Origin: Centroscyllium fabricii
Lineage: Eukaryota
Reading direction: 5' to 3'
Assembly: GCA_051313645.2 (NCBI GenBank)
Contig: JBNRSN020000002.1
Span: 551,490,001-551,554,000, forward strand
DNA length: 64,000 nucleotides
The notes under the pieces were generated by a model that saw only the letters and a program-made list of their open reading frames with translations, made no database searches and had not been told where the DNA came from. Both the position numbers and the translations under genes were made by a program. Positions 62,720-64,000 of this stretch are shown in pieces (position 1 is the first letter of the stretch; every line of letters starts with the position of its first letter).

Positions 62720-64000
62720 GAGAATGGTGATGAACAATCGGGCAACTAACAAGAGGAAAAGACTATTAACACCCTCACCTCAACCATTGTGGAACCCAGC
62801 ACGAGTGCAAGAAATCAGACTGAAGTGTTTGTAAGTGTCGTAAGTCAGAAGTGCCTTGAGGATTCTACTACATGGCCACTTCCCGAGATCCGCACCGTCA
62901 TAGATACCAATGCCCAATTAGTTTGGTTCACTCCATATTAAGAAGCAGCTGATTGTACTGGACACAGGAGAGGCTGAGGGCCTTGGCAATATTCTGGCTG
63001 TAGTGCTGAAGACGTGCCTCTGAGCTAGTTGTTCCCCTACCCAAACTATTTCATTGCTGCTAGGACACTGGTATCTACTCAACAATGTGGAAGATTGTTT
63101 AGAAATGTCCTATTCACAAAACATAGGGTAAATCTAACCAGGCCAATTACCACCCTGTCAGTCTACTCCTAATCATGGAAAGAGCCATCACTAGTGCCGT
63201 TAGACAACACCTATCCACTAATAACCTGCTCACCAATGCTGAGTTTGCTTTCTGCTAGCACCACTAGGCTCCAGACCTCATCACAGCCATTATCCAACCA
63301 TCAACACAAAAGCTGAATGTCAGAAGAGTTAATTGCAGCTGCCCACAACATCAATATAGTATTCAACTGAGTTGGGCACCAAAGTGCCATTGCAAAACTT
63401 ACATCAATGGGGTCAAAAGGATAATCCTTCAGTGGCTAATGAAAAGGTTGATGTTTGTGGTCTTTGGAGGCTTGACATTTTAGCACCCCCTGAACATCAC
63501 TTCAGGAGTTCCTCAGCCCAATCATCTTTAGCTGCCTTATCAATGACCTTCCTTCTATCATAAGGTCATGAGTGGGGCTGTTCGCTGACTATTCCACATT
63601 GTTCCATTCCATTCACGTCACCTCCAGTAATGAAGCAGCCTAAAACAGGACCTGGATAACATCTCATCTTGTGCTGACAAGTGGCAGATAACATTTACAT
63701 TCCTTCGTGTTCGGTAAGGATCATCTGGCAACAAGAGAAAGCCCAACCATCTCCTCTTGATCATCAATGGCACCACCATTGCCAGATTCCCAGTATCAAT
63801 GTTGTGGGGTGGTCATGATTGATCAGAAGTTTAACTGGACCAACCATGGCTCAGAGCACAAAACAGAGGCAGGCTACTTTGTAACAAGTGGCTCACCTCC
63901 TGACCCCTGAAAGCCTATTCATCATCCACAATGCTCAAGTCAGGAGTGCGATGGAATTCCTGCCTGGATGGATGCAGTAAGAAGACACTCGAGAAGCTTG
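62720..64000 (+). mobile_element. Old degenerate LINE RT fragment (CR1/L2 group), runs off the window
   Basis: Remnants of ANYHPVSLL, LLTNAEFAF, LFAD, ADKWQITF and AQVRSAME. Confidence 0.7.

Overview
Vertebrate genomic DNA, almost certainly from a cartilaginous fish (shark/ray), judged from HE1-type V-SINEs, Deu-domain SINEs, LF-SINE-like elements and shark-type CR1 LINEs. The window is mostly intronic sequence of LRMDA (C10orf11) on the + strand. Two internal coding exons that the ORF track misses (54922-55048, 56206-56345) are joined by a minor-spliceosome (U12) AT-AC intron. The rest is a layered transposon landscape: CR1, L2, Rex1/Babar and Tx1 LINE pieces, a DIRS-like relic, a solo LTR, PIF/Harbinger-like and Tigger/pogo-like MITEs, and several short Penelope-like insertions carrying minimal hammerhead ribozyme motifs with 11-12 bp target-site duplications, often as fold-back palindromes. 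A repeat-poor stretch of about 10 kb around the exons probably holds conserved non-coding elements. No intact autonomous element and no other host gene were recognised. All family names come from remembered motifs, not database searches.
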